From Bacilli bacterium (GTDB lineage Bacteria > Bacillota_I > Bacilli_A > RFN20 > CAG-826): DNA of 61,328 nucleotides. The stretch covers positions 1 to 61,328 of the forward strand of contig JAGAHY010000187.1 of assembly GCA_017626815.1 (NCBI GenBank), read 5' to 3'. Positions 39,411 to 49,106 of this stretch are shown piece after piece. Every line of letters begins with the position of its first letter. Position 1 is the stretch's first letter. The notes below the pieces were generated by a model. That model did no database searches and had not been told where the DNA came from. It was given only the letters and a program-made list of their open reading frames with translations. The position numbers and the translations under genes are program-made.

Positions 39411-41005
39411 CCTGCATCCTCCATCGCGCTGTTCCAATCAAAGTGGATAACTTGTTCGTCGTTCTCTTCGACAATACGTTTTCTCGCCTTGGCCAAAGCT
39501 CTTTTGGATTTGAGGACGGATTGCAAGCCTAAGGCCTGAACGACGATGATCGGCATCATCGCGACCATGGCCACCAAGCCAAAACCATAGGAATACACAT
39601 CCGCGCCGCAAGAAAGGGCAAAGCCAATGCAGAAAGGTAAGACAAAGGTAGAGGTCATTGGACCGGAAGCGACACCGCCAGAGTCAAACGCCATCGCGGT
39701 ATAGATCTTTGGTACCATGAACGATAAGACAAACGCCAGGATATAACCGGGGATGATGTAATACTCAAGCCCGAACTCAAAATGGCAGCGGATGACCGAC
39801 AAAGCGACAGCCACGCCATTGGCAAGTGCCAGCATCATCAACACGTGAAACTTTCGTATCGTGCCATCGGATACTTGTTCCATCTGCGCGACCAAAACAT
39901 GGACGGCGGGTTCGGCCAATACGCCAAAGATACCAAATAAAGCACCAATCGCGATCGCCATATAATGCATTAACTTGGAGGTGCCCAGCATGTGGCCGAC
40001 GTTTTGGGCAATCGGCAAGAAGCCCCATTCGACCGCACTCAGGAACAATACCAAGCCCACATAAGTGATGGCCATGCCGATGATAATGCGCGCCAAGTCG
40101 CGTCCTGGGATACGGATGAAAATCAATTCATAGACGATGAAGAAAGCCAAGATGGGGCCTACCGACAACGCGACAGAGCCCATCGTTTTCACGCTGCCGC
40201 TAAGCAAGCTTTCCCAGATACTGGAAAGAGAAGCTTCTTCTAAAGGATATTGAGCAGGAAGTCCCCTACCCGTAGCTTTCAAGATAAGGGAGATGCAAAC
40301 AACCGCCAGGATGGGGCCGATGGAGCATAAGGCCGTCAAACCGAAAGAATCTTCGGAGTTTTTGCCGCCGCGGTTCGCTGCCATGCCTAAGCCAAAGCCA
40401 AGCAAGAAAGGAACGGTAACAGGGCCCGTGGTCACGCCGCCAGAGTCAAAACAAATCGGCAAGAAGCGCGGGTCGATGAAATAAAGCAAGGCAAAGCAAA
40501 GGCCATAGAAAGCCAAGAACATGACGTTCAAGCTTTGGTGCAAGGTCGTGCGGATGACGCCGACGACCAAGAACAAACCAACGCCGACGCCAATCGTCCA
40601 AATAATAATCTGACTATTGATGCCGATCTGACCGGAAAGAACGCTTAAATCAGGCTCAGCGATGGTTACCAACACACCGATGATGAAGGTCATGATGATG
40701 ACGAAGAAGAATTTGTTTTTCTTCACCAAGGAAGCACCGATGATACGGCCGATTTCCGTCATGGATTGCTCAGTGCCTAGACTAAATAACGCCATGCCGA
40801 TGACAATCATGATGACCGCTACGGCAAAAGAAATGATGTTGTCATTGCTCAAAGAGTAAACGAAACCATCGGCGTCTTGGAAAAAGTTCGCAGGCAAGGC
40901 GAAACGGGTAATAAAGAAAAACAACAGCACGACAACCGTAATGGGAAGTGCAGACAAAAGCGATTCAAAGATCTTACCAAGCCATTCTCTTCCAGATGGT
41001 ATCAT
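39407..41005 (-). CDS. Internally duplicated polytopic membrane protein (DUF1538-like), putative transporter
   Basis: 532 aa in two homologous halves, each with an AEPD/AEPA motif and an FDSGGV(T/A)(T/S)GP motif. ATGA overlap with the rluD-like stop. Confidence 0.6.
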   Translation of the reverse strand: MIPSGREWLGKIFESLLSALPITVVVLLFFFITRFALPANFFQDADGFVYSLSNDNIISFAVAVIMIVIGMALFSLGTEQSMTEIGRIIGASLVKKNKFFFVIIMTFIIGVLVTIAEPDLSVLSGQIGINSQIIIWTIGVGVGLFLVVGVIRTTLHQSLNVMFLAFYGLCFALLYFIDPRFLPICFDSGGVTTGPVTVPFLLGFGLGMAANRGGKNSEDSFGLTALCSIGPILAVVCISLILKATGRGLPAQYPLEEASLSSIWESLLSGSVKTMGSVALSVGPILAFFIVYELIFIRIPGRDLARIIIGMAITYVGLVLFLSAVEWGFLPIAQNVGHMLGTSKLMHYMAIAIGALFGIFGVLAEPAVHVLVAQMEQVSDGTIRKFHVLMMLALANGVAVALSVIRCHFEFGLEYYIIPGYILAFVLSFMVPKIYTAMAFDSGGVASGPMTSTFVLPFCIGFALSCGADVYSYGFGLVAMVAMMPIIVVQALGLQSVLKSKRALAKARKRIVEENDEQVIHFDWNSAMEDAG

Positions 41006-42075
41006 CGGCGTCCTCCTCTAGGCTTTGCGCCCTTTTTGGCCGAGCGCTTTTCTATTGTAGTCTTCTCTTCCTCTTTGAGGAACGTCCTTTTGCCACGAGT
41101 GTTCTTTTTTTCTTTAAGCAGCTTCGCCTCCTCCCTTTTTTGGGCATGGGTAACGAAGAATAGGGACTTAAAACTATCGGGCATCGGCGTCACGAAATCG
41201 TAACGCTTGTTGTTTAGGGGGTTAGTGAACGTCAACTGATAAGCGTGTAAGCCAAGGCGCTTGATGGGGTCACTAGGCTCACCATACTTGTCGTCGCCGA
41301 TAACATAATGGCCGCGGTGCCCGAGCTGAACGCGGATTTGGTTCTTTCTACCGGAAGAAATATGGACATCCAGCAAGGAATAGGGTTCCTTATAGGAAAT
41401 GACTTTATACTGAGTCGTAGAAAGTTTGCCTTCTTTTTTATTTTTCGTGACAAACACCAAATGAAGGTCGTTTTGCATCAAATAATCCTGCAAAACCGCC
41501 TCTTCTTTCTCCATTTTTCCTTCGACAATCGCGTAATAGGCACGGGTTTCCACCACTTCTTGCCAATGGTTTTGCAAAGCCTCGCGGACTTCAAAGTTCT
41601 TCGCAAACACCAATACCCCCGAGGTATCTTCATCCAGACGGTGGACGACATAGACGCGGGCTTTGGGGTTAAACGAAGCGACATAGTCCGAGATTAAACG
41701 ATAGGCCGTCTTGCCTTTTTCGCGGTCAGTCGCGACAGAAAGCAGCCCTGAGGGTTTATTGATGACGATGATGTCCTCGTCCTCATAAATGATGGGGAGG
41801 TCCTTACGTTCATGCTTGGCGATGCGGTTTTTGGAAACGGTGACGACATCTTCAGGGACGAGGGGGTAATTGTACTGGGAAACAGGGACACCCCCGACGG
41901 CGACCTGGTGATGGGTCAAGATGGACTTGATGGTCTTGCGCGGCGTATCCGGCATCTTAAACATCAAAAACTCCATCAAGGTGGTTTCTTTATAGACTTT
42001 GAATTCCTTGATGGATTTCGGATCGACCATGCCTTTGGAGCGCGGTTCTAGTTTCTTTTTATCGTTTTTGTTCAT
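41002..42075 (-). CDS. RluA/RluD-family pseudouridine synthase with an S4 domain and a K-rich C-terminal tail
   Basis: Catalytic motif HRLDEDTSGVLVFAKN. The last ~60 aa are lysine-rich. Confidence 0.85.
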   Translation of the reverse strand: MNKNDKKKLEPRSKGMVDPKSIKEFKVYKETTLMEFLMFKMPDTPRKTIKSILTHHQVAVGGVPVSQYNYPLVPEDVVTVSKNRIAKHERKDLPIIYEDEDIIVINKPSGLLSVATDREKGKTAYRLISDYVASFNPKARVYVVHRLDEDTSGVLVFAKNFEVREALQNHWQEVVETRAYYAIVEGKMEKEEAVLQDYLMQNDLHLVFVTKNKKEGKLSTTQYKVISYKEPYSLLDVHISSGRKNQIRVQLGHRGHYVIGDDKYGEPSDPIKRLGLHAYQLTFTNPLNNKRYDFVTPMPDSFKSLFFVTHAQKREEAKLLKEKKNTRGKRTFLKEEEKTTIEKRSAKKGAKPRGGRR

Positions 42076-42077
42076 CG

Positions 42078-42950
42078 TTAGGCCTCCAAATAATGGATTA
42101 AATCCAGAAGTCGGCTTTCGGCGACGCTTCGACCTTGCTCGTAAAGGGCAATGAGTTTGTCGCTGTCTTTTTCCGCGATCTTGACATTCGGCGCGGTGCG
42201 GGGCCGGATCATGAAGATTTTGCCTTGTCGTTCTAGGTCATCGAGTTCATCCATGTCGCGGTTATAAGTCGCGCTTTGCTGCCGATAAGCTTGGATGAAC
42301 TTCTTATATTTGCCATAAAGCAGTTTGCTAAGGAACATCTTGCCTTTGCCCGCAGGCTTTTTACGGTATCCCGCTTGCCTAGTCTCCACGACAATGAGTT
42401 TTTGAAAGCCTTCTTCAAACGCGTGACGGAAGGCGACTGCGTCGGTGACGCCGCCATCAAGATAATGTAGCCCCTCAACATCGACGGGATTGGAGGCGAT
42501 GGGCAAAGAAGCCGATGCAGCAAGGGCCTTATAGAATTCCTTGCACTTCCCCTTTTTGAAATAATGGGGTTTCCCATCTTCTAAGCAGGTCGCGACAACC
42601 ACGAATTCCACCGGTGAGGAATTATATTCTCCAAAGTTAAATGGCAACGTGGATTTAGGGACCGTATGGAACAAGTAGGCGAAATTGAAGACCGTGCCGC
42701 GAAAGAAACGATTCCTGAGGGAGAGGAATTTCTTGTCGTTCATCATGACGGTGGTCACATATTTGCTCCTACCGATATCCCTTGATATGTAGTTAACGGC
42801 GTTTAACCCACCTGCTGAAGTTCCAATGACATAGGGAAAATAGAGCCCGTTTTCCATCAAGACATCGAGCACGCCTGCGGTGAAGGCGCCGCGAGCACCG
42901 CCGCCTTGTAGGACCAAGGCCGCATTATAGGGGAAAGTACGATCCGTCAT
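42078..42950 (-). CDS. Patatin-like phospholipase
   Basis: ORF track gives 42078..43064. I moved the start to the ATG at 42950 (MTDRTFPY). Motifs GGGARGAF, GTSAGG (nucleophile elbow) and DGGVTD. Confidence 0.85.
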   Translation of the reverse strand: MTDRTFPYNAALVLQGGGARGAFTAGVLDVLMENGLYFPYVIGTSAGGLNAVNYISRDIGRSKYVTTVMMNDKKFLSLRNRFFRGTVFNFAYLFHTVPKSTLPFNFGEYNSSPVEFVVVATCLEDGKPHYFKKGKCKEFYKALAASASLPIASNPVDVEGLHYLDGGVTDAVAFRHAFEEGFQKLIVVETRQAGYRKKPAGKGKMFLSKLLYGKYKKFIQAYRQQSATYNRDMDELDDLERQGKIFMIRPRTAPNVKIAEKDSDKLIALYEQGRSVAESRLLDLIHYLEA

Positions 42951-43071
42951 TACTATGTAATGGTATCGTTGTCCGCACGAAACCTCAAAGGAAAAAGACA
43001 AAAATAGGGGAATTCTTTTACTTTTCTTCTTAGGAAGGTAATTTCGCCCTCCCCAAGGGGTCAAAAAGGGG

Positions 43072-43974
43072 TCAGGCCTTTTTCGCTTGGAAGAAGCGAT
43101 GGACGTACTCGTTAATCTGTTCCGATTCCCCTAACTCGGGGTGCATGACGTTATGGACGTGGCCGACTTTCTTATCCTTAGTTTCGAGAAAATGGAACTC
43201 CAAATCTAAGCCAAGAGACTTAGCATCCGCGTCTAGGTCGATGCTTTCTTGCTTGAGGAAATCATTATAGCAAGAGGAGAGGATAACCGGTGTCTTTAAC
43301 CCTTCTAAGTGTTGGGAAGCGTCTAGGGCAGAAACGAAAGACTCCTCGTTCCAGCGTTTGCCATACATATAGTCACGGCCGCGCTTAGAAAGAAGCGGCG
43401 CATGGGCGGTCCGTCTAAAGTTATAAACAGGGCAGGATAGCCCGACGGCTAAAAACGAAATTTCAGGTAAGTTAACGCCGATTTGCCGCTGAAATTCAGG
43501 ATTTGAAGCCAGTTCTGCAAGAAGCAAAGCATAGTGGCCGCCTGCGGAATCACCATAGAGAAAGAACCGATTTTTGTTTAGCCCAAGTTCTGCAGCGTGT
43601 TCATATAAGTAGGATAACTGTTTGGCAAGGACGGCAACTTGATCGAGGCAATCCCTTTTGCCACGATTATGAGGATAGTCAAGCAATACGACATGATAGC
43701 CTTTCTCTAGGAAGACACGGGCAAAGCCAAAGTTGTTCTTGCGGTCCCCATAAATATAGGCGCCGCCATGAATATCGATGATGGTGTCGCCGTTATAGGT
43801 GCCTTCATTGGCATAATAGATATCAAATTGGTGAAAGAAATCGCCGTCGCCTGATGCATCAACGTCTACGCGATGACGATAAGTATCGATGCTTGGCCAA
43901 TCGCGCATCACTTTGTTATCGCTATGGCGAAGATACTTGGTCATCAAAAACAGCGAGAACTTACCAATCTTCAT
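43072..43974 (-). CDS. Alpha/beta hydrolase (esterase/lipase, HSL-like)
   Basis: Oxyanion motif HGGAY and nucleophile motif GDSAGG. Confidence 0.8.
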   Translation of the reverse strand: MKIGKFSLFLMTKYLRHSDNKVMRDWPSIDTYRHRVDVDASGDGDFFHQFDIYYANEGTYNGDTIIDIHGGAYIYGDRKNNFGFARVFLEKGYHVVLLDYPHNRGKRDCLDQVAVLAKQLSYLYEHAAELGLNKNRFFLYGDSAGGHYALLLAELASNPEFQRQIGVNLPEISFLAVGLSCPVYNFRRTAHAPLLSKRGRDYMYGKRWNEESFVSALDASQHLEGLKTPVILSSCYNDFLKQESIDLDADAKSLGLDLEFHFLETKDKKVGHVHNVMHPELGESEQINEYVHRFFQAKKA

Positions 43975-44747
43975 ACGAGGACTCCATAGTGCTTTAGCGC
44001 TTCTTCGATGCCATCATCGACTATTGGAGGGGAGACATAGTCGGCGGCTTGTTTCACTTCGTCTTTGCCATTACCGACACAGACGAAAATCGAGCCTTCC
44101 TTCATCGTGATGTCTTGGGTATCGTCGCCAAAGGAGATGGCCTCATCACGTTTAAGCCCTAGGGCCTTCATGATATAGCCGATACCATCACCTTTGCGGT
44201 GTTCGAATTCAGAAATATCCACGCCGCATTCATGAAAGCGGTAATAGGTTAATTCGGGCATCTTCGCGTGGAGCTCCGCGTCATATTGTTCCGGGGCAAA
44301 AAGCAAACACCCTGTAACCTTATCACCACGATAAGGATGAACCGGAGGGACAGCGTCGCTATAAGTACCGTAATAGTTGTCTAAGAACGTGTTGCCGGGT
44401 GCAATTAAAAAGCGAGTCTTAGCCGTGACTAATTCGATCGTTAACGAGTGAGAAATGGCGATTCTGCAAAGTTTTCTCACTTTTTTCGAATCCATAACCA
44501 GGTTTCTTAAGGTTTTGTTACCCAAGGCAACATAGGCACCGCAATTGCTGATGACACCATTCCAATGGATGCCTAAATCAAAGACGCCAAACTCCTTTAG
44601 GGAAGCGTAAGGGCGGGCGGTGCAAATAACGACCTTCACCCCTTGCTTAGAGATTTCCCTAATAGCCTCGATGCCCGAAGGCACGAATTGGCGCGTCGGC
44701 CAATCATACAAGGTATTGTCGACATCAAAGAAGGCCACCTTAATCAT
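43971..44747 (-). CDS. Cof-type HAD-IIB phosphatase
   Basis: Motifs FFDVDNTL and FGDDTQDITM. Confidence 0.8.
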   Translation of the reverse strand: MIKVAFFDVDNTLYDWPTRQFVPSGIEAIREISKQGVKVVICTARPYASLKEFGVFDLGIHWNGVISNCGAYVALGNKTLRNLVMDSKKVRKLCRIAISHSLTIELVTAKTRFLIAPGNTFLDNYYGTYSDAVPPVHPYRGDKVTGCLLFAPEQYDAELHAKMPELTYYRFHECGVDISEFEHRKGDGIGYIMKALGLKRDEAISFGDDTQDITMKEGSIFVCVGNGKDEVKQAADYVSPPIVDDGIEEALKHYGVLV

Positions 44748-46485
44748 GGTTGTCCTCCTTGAATACCAATTTCTGATTCGCGTTTCTTAATCCGACCTTG
44801 TCTACTTTGACGACTTTTCGGTCGTAAGTGATTAAGCCGTTGGTCTCGGATTCGACATCACTGAGCTGCGTGAGCACCGACACGGATAAACCTTTTTTGA
44901 TTTGGGGCAACACTTCTTCTTCCTGGCACTTGATGATCGCATCGGAAAGATTCTCCAAAGTATCAAAGTATTTATAAGAGGTTTTCTTCTCGTTGAAACA
45001 ATGTCCAGACACCATCAATGAGAACGCGCCATATTCGGACAAGGAGAGAATACGGTCATCTTTGCTTGGCTCCATATCCACCTTACGGAAATAGATGTGT
45101 TTGGAATCAAAGTCACCAGCCCCGTTATCAAACCAGCCGGAGGTGGAATCGATTAAGCGAGTAGAATCCAAAGACCGCAGATATTGGGTCAAACGGACCG
45201 AATCAAATTGCCCCCAGCCCTCGTTAAACAAGGTCCATATAGCGATGCTAGGAACGTTATAAAGTCGCTCGACGTAATCGGGCATGGTTTTTTCAAAATA
45301 ATCTCGGCCCTCTTTGTCCTTGCGGCCCAAAAGGCTATGACGCTTGGTGTCGTCGAAATGATAGGTGAAGAAAGGCGCCGTCCAAATTAATAGTTTCTTA
45401 TAAGGTCTACCCGCATTGGGGAAGTCTTGAATAACGATGAGGCCCAGGCGATCGCAGTGGTAATACCAGCGCATGTTTTCCACCTTGATGTGCTTACGGA
45501 CCATGTTGAAACCAAGATCCTTCAGTAGTTCCAAGTCGTTGGACATCGCCAAATCGCTCGGAGGCGTGAGGCCGCCGTCAGGATAATAGCCTTGGTCGAG
45601 GACGCCCTTAAGGAAATAGGGTTTATTGTTCAAGCCGAACACCTTATGGCCTTGGTGCTCGACGATGGAGAATTTCCGCATCGCGAAATAACTATGCACC
45701 ACATCGTTATTCACGCTGACTTCCAAGCCATATAAATCAGGAGTCTCCGGGGACCATGGGTGGAACGCGGAACGAAGCGGTAAAACTGCGTTTCCTTCGT
45801 TATCTAATTGGGTTTCAGCAATGAATTTCCCAGCAAAAGTGGCTTTAATGGATGAATTTTTAATTTTTCCTTCAAATTTGACGCGGATACGAACTTGCTT
45901 GTGATCGTAGTCGGGATCAATCTTAATGGATTGGATGACTTCGTTGGGGACCGACTCCAGCCACACGCTTCCCCAGATGCCCGAGGTAGCCGTATACCAA
46001 ATGCCCGACGGCTTTAAGGATTGTTTGCCACGGGGATAAATAGGCGAAGAAGTATCGTCAATGACGTCCACTAGGAGCTCGTTTTTACCTGGACGAAGTT
46101 CCATGCAATCCACCGTGAAGGGGAGATAGCCGCCTTCATGGTGGGCGATCTTGACGCCGTTAAGGAAGGCATCTGCGATCTGGTCCACCGCTTCAAAGTG
46201 CAGTAACACACGGCCAACATTAAAGTCATCCGGCAATGTAAAGAATTTCCGGTAATGCATGAATTGACCCTTTTTGACGCTTTGGTCAATTTGGGACAAG
46301 GGGGTTTCCACCGAAAACGGAACCACGATTCCATAAGGATAATTCACGTGGTTCACGGGGTCTTCATCAAGGCTAAATTCCCAATAACCGTTCAGGCTTA
46401 TATAGGAGTCGCGACGAAACTGCGGCGTGGGGTATTCCGCACACGGGCAATTCAAATCGATACGTTTTCCTTCTAAGGTGTACAT
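44740..46485 (-). CDS. Glycoside hydrolase family 2 (beta-galactosidase/glucuronidase/mannosidase-like)
   Basis: 581 aa with a sugar-binding N-terminal domain and a TIM barrel carrying NMVRKH and WTLFNEGWGQ. Confidence 0.75.
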   Translation of the reverse strand: MYTLEGKRIDLNCPCAEYPTPQFRRDSYISLNGYWEFSLDEDPVNHVNYPYGIVVPFSVETPLSQIDQSVKKGQFMHYRKFFTLPDDFNVGRVLLHFEAVDQIADAFLNGVKIAHHEGGYLPFTVDCMELRPGKNELLVDVIDDTSSPIYPRGKQSLKPSGIWYTATSGIWGSVWLESVPNEVIQSIKIDPDYDHKQVRIRVKFEGKIKNSSIKATFAGKFIAETQLDNEGNAVLPLRSAFHPWSPETPDLYGLEVSVNNDVVHSYFAMRKFSIVEHQGHKVFGLNNKPYFLKGVLDQGYYPDGGLTPPSDLAMSNDLELLKDLGFNMVRKHIKVENMRWYYHCDRLGLIVIQDFPNAGRPYKKLLIWTAPFFTYHFDDTKRHSLLGRKDKEGRDYFEKTMPDYVERLYNVPSIAIWTLFNEGWGQFDSVRLTQYLRSLDSTRLIDSTSGWFDNGAGDFDSKHIYFRKVDMEPSKDDRILSLSEYGAFSLMVSGHCFNEKKTSYKYFDTLENLSDAIIKCQEEEVLPQIKKGLSVSVLTQLSDVESETNGLITYDRKVVKVDKVGLRNANQKLVFKEDNHD

Positions 46486-46557
46486 TTATGCTATCTATTC
46501 TACCAGCCATACTTGGATTTTTGGATTTTCTTTAAGAAAATATATGCGGAGTTTTTC

Positions 46558-47262
46558 ATGGCAGCACTGCTAACGGCAATCGGTTTAACCAAAACATATG
46601 GCAAAGGGAATACCAAAGTCACCGCGTTAGACGATGTTTCTTTTGCCGTGGAACGGGGCACGCTCACCATCATTCTCGGCCCTTCTGGGGCAGGCAAATC
46701 GACGTTGCTCAATATTCTTGGTGGCATGGATAAGGCCGATTCCGGAGTGCTGGCCGTCGATGGCAGCAACGTCGCCGATTACAGCCAGCAAAAGCGCGCA
46801 AAGTACCGTAGAGATAAAATCGGCTTCGTCTTTCAGTTCTATAACTTGATGCCCAACTTAACCGCGAAAGAAAACGTGGAACTTGCCACAGAGATGCGCG
46901 GCGATAAAGCCATGGATCCCGTAGCTATATTAAATAAGGTGGGGTTAGGGCACCGTGTGAATAACTTCCCTTCGCAGCTTTCAGGCGGCGAACAACAACG
47001 CGTATCCATCGCGAGAGCCTTAGCCAAAAACTCCGACCTCATCCTCTGCGATGAACCTACAGGTGCCTTGGATTACCAAACCGGCAAAGACATTCTTTCC
47101 ATTCTTTACAACTTAGTTAAAGAAGGCAAAACCATCATTATCGTTACGCACAACTCCGCCCTACAGGAAATGGGCGATCACCTCATCAGAATAAAGAATG
47201 GGAAAATCGTTTCGGATGAGCTTAACCCCCATCCGAAAGACATTAAGGACATCGAGTGGTGA
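46558..47262 (+). CDS. ABC transporter ATP-binding protein (MacB/LolD-type)
   Basis: ORF track gives 46513..47262. I moved the start to the ATG at 46558. Walker A GPSGAGKST, signature LSGGEQQR, Walker B LILCDEPTGALD. Confidence 0.88.
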   Translation: MAALLTAIGLTKTYGKGNTKVTALDDVSFAVERGTLTIILGPSGAGKSTLLNILGGMDKADSGVLAVDGSNVADYSQQKRAKYRRDKIGFVFQFYNLMPNLTAKENVELATEMRGDKAMDPVAILNKVGLGHRVNNFPSQLSGGEQQRVSIARALAKNSDLILCDEPTGALDYQTGKDILSILYNLVKEGKTIIIVTHNSALQEMGDHLIRIKNGKIVSDELNPHPKDIKDIEW

Positions 47263-49097
47263 AGACTTCGTTTGGCAAAACAATTATTCGAAGCTACCTC
47301 CATAATAAAGGTCGCTTCCTCGCCAATTTCTTGACGGTCCTCTTTTCTGTCGCAATCACCGGAGGTCTAGGAGCCTTACCCGAGACTTTCGCCGATTCTT
47401 TTGCCGAGCAATATGTGACGGGCAACGCGCCAGACCTTATCGTAAAAAGCAAAGCCTACACCGGTTTTACAGGCCCAGAGATAACTGAGATTTCTTCGAT
47501 CGAAGGGGTGAACGAAAGCCAATCTTTCTTTGTTTTCGACGGCAAAGAAGACGATGGAACCTACAACCGATTCTATGTTTTTGATTTCGAACAAGCGACC
47601 ATCGCTAAGCCTGAGTTGCTCGAAGGAAGATATCCGACAAGCCGCGGCGAAATCGTCGTTGAGCAGCCGACGAAGAACCGAAAAGCCTATGCCATAAATG
47701 ACACTGTCACCTTTGCCGCGGCCAACATGTTTATGCCCGCAGGGACCACCATCGTCGGCATTGTCCATTCCCCTCTATATAGCTGCGTGGCTAAGGAACG
47801 CGCGGAGCTCGAAGACCAAAACGACAAGCAATACGTCGAAGGCATTTTCTATTTGGAGAAATCCACGTTGCTCAAATTCACCCAAAACATGTGCAGCGAT
47901 ATTTATCTACGTGTTGATACCTCCGCGAAGCTTCTAACCAACGCTTACAAGGGTCAGGTTGAACAAATCAAAAAGCGCATCCTTAATACGTTTGGCGAGG
48001 ATAACGTCGCCGTCCTTACCCTCGAGGAAACGACCTCCTATGGCCTCTTCCGTGGCTACAACGATAAAGTTCGCCTCATCGGGTACATCTTCCCCTTCTT
48101 CTTTATTTTGGTATGCGCGTTGATTAATCACATCACCATGACGAGATACATCAAAGATGAGCGCGCCGTCATCGGAACGTATTTGAGCAATGGCGTATCC
48201 AAAGCAAAAATCGTCAACAAATATGTGATTTTTGCTGGGATTTCTGTTTTTAGCGGCGGCGTTATCGGTTATCTTCTTGGAACGCCTTTATTGCCTTTTG
48301 TCGTCTATCCCGCCTATAACGCGGTGTTCCAGATGAGCCCTGCCACGGTCTCGTTCCTTGCGCCTGTTGGAATCGGGGTTATCGGCGTACTACTTCTTTT
48401 AGCATTATTTATCACCGCCTTCTCCGCCATCTCATACGTCCGTCATGAGCCGAGCGAAATCATGCGTGAACCGACGCCCGCCGCAGGCAAAAAGATTCTT
48501 TTGGAACGAATCAAGTTCCTATGGAAGCCCCTGCCCTTTTCGTTTAAATCCACGTTCCGCAACATCTTCCGACAGAAAAAGAATTTCATTTTGACTTCCT
48601 TAGCGGTTATCGGTTCCTCACTTTTAGTCTTAATCGGTTTCTCATTGCTCAATGTTTCCGATGCCTTAAAGCAAGACGAACTCTTCTCCGAGGTCGCTTC
48701 CTCCATGGGATTAATATCCGCGGTCATCGTCGCCTTTGCTATCGCGATGGCGTTGCCGATCATCTATGCTCTCGCCAGCATGAATATCGCTGACCGCAAC
48801 CGTGAGCTCGCCACTTTGAAAGTGCTCGGCTACCACGACATCGAATGTTCCATGTACACCTTCCGCGAAATATTGATTATCACCTTGATGGCCGCCTTAA
48901 TCGCCTTGCCCATATCCGCCCTCGTCATTGACGCTGTCTTGCGTTATCTAGAGTTTGGCAGCATCACGGATGTCCAGTGGTGGTCTTATCTCAGCACATT
49001 CCTCCTCATCACAACATCCATGGTTGCGGTAAACTTTATGTTGTTACCGCGAATCAAAGCTATCGATATGAACGCATCATTAAAATCCAATGAATAG
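47256..49097 (+). CDS. FtsX-like ABC transporter permease (two FtsX modules)
   Basis: GTG start overlapping the ATPase stop. One TM helix, a large extracytoplasmic domain, then two FtsX-type helix bundles. Confidence 0.8.
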   Translation: MVKTSFGKTIIRSYLHNKGRFLANFLTVLFSVAITGGLGALPETFADSFAEQYVTGNAPDLIVKSKAYTGFTGPEITEISSIEGVNESQSFFVFDGKEDDGTYNRFYVFDFEQATIAKPELLEGRYPTSRGEIVVEQPTKNRKAYAINDTVTFAAANMFMPAGTTIVGIVHSPLYSCVAKERAELEDQNDKQYVEGIFYLEKSTLLKFTQNMCSDIYLRVDTSAKLLTNAYKGQVEQIKKRILNTFGEDNVAVLTLEETTSYGLFRGYNDKVRLIGYIFPFFFILVCALINHITMTRYIKDERAVIGTYLSNGVSKAKIVNKYVIFAGISVFSGGVIGYLLGTPLLPFVVYPAYNAVFQMSPATVSFLAPVGIGVIGVLLLLALFITAFSAISYVRHEPSEIMREPTPAAGKKILLERIKFLWKPLPFSFKSTFRNIFRQKKNFILTSLAVIGSSLLVLIGFSLLNVSDALKQDELFSEVASSMGLISAVIVAFAIAMALPIIYALASMNIADRNRELATLKVLGYHDIECSMYTFREILIITLMAALIALPISALVIDAVLRYLEFGSITDVQWWSYLSTFLLITTSMVAVNFMLLPRIKAIDMNASLKSNE

Positions 49098-49106
49098 GAG
49101 TCCGAT

